DNA of 59,226 bases from Oculatellaceae cyanobacterium bins.114 (GTDB lineage Bacteria; Cyanobacteriota; Cyanobacteriia; Elainellales; Elainellaceae), in assembly GCA_033764315.1 (NCBI GenBank), contig JANRJA010000249.1:1-59226 (forward strand), given 5' to 3'. The notes below the pieces were generated by a model. That model searched no databases. It had not been told where the DNA came from and saw only the letters and a list, made by a program, of their open reading frames with translations. Shown piece after piece: positions 59,098-59,226 of the stretch. A program made the translations under genes and the position numbers. Position 1 is the stretch's first letter. Each line of letters opens with the position of its first letter.

Positions 59098-59226
59098 TTA
59101 TGATTTCTATGGCGATCCTAACTTCAATTTACAAAAACATCTGTTTGCATCAGAAAAAACACACTTTTGCATATAGCAGTCCTAAATCAGTTGTGAAATG
59201 GGCGGGTTGTGAGAGGCGCACCCCGC

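Noticed and set aside
1..59226. rRNA, tRNA, cas or transposase genes
   Set aside because: None recognised in the sequence or the ORF track.

Overview
This window looks like cyanobacterial chromosomal DNA, probably from a filamentous strain (inference from dense HIP1 GCGATCGC sites and heptamer tandem repeats). In order it holds: a toxin-antitoxin (TA) cluster punctuated by a HIP1-bounded repeat; an LRR-Roc-COR-TIR protein; tex; a DUF350/spermidine-synthase-like/DUF4178 cluster; a BchE/ChlE radical-SAM cyclase fused to a receiver domain; an orphan CRISPR array of 33 repeats with its leader; Mn-SOD; a modA/TOBE-regulator pair; transport and metabolic genes; and a 13x21-bp minisatellite. The main finding, not visible in the ORF track, is an integron at about 33.3-43.4 kb. 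It has a 39-codon intI remnant, a repeat-rich attI region and four attC sites. Cassette 2 is 6.3 kb, lacks HIP1, and encodes a 1261-aa putative pore/translocator plus a 708-aa protein with a polymorphic-toxin-like nuclease tip and no obvious immunity gene. The window ends with a GH63-like glucosidase, decaying redox genes, a TPR protein and two hybrid histidine kinases. All family calls come from motif recognition by eye; no searches were run.
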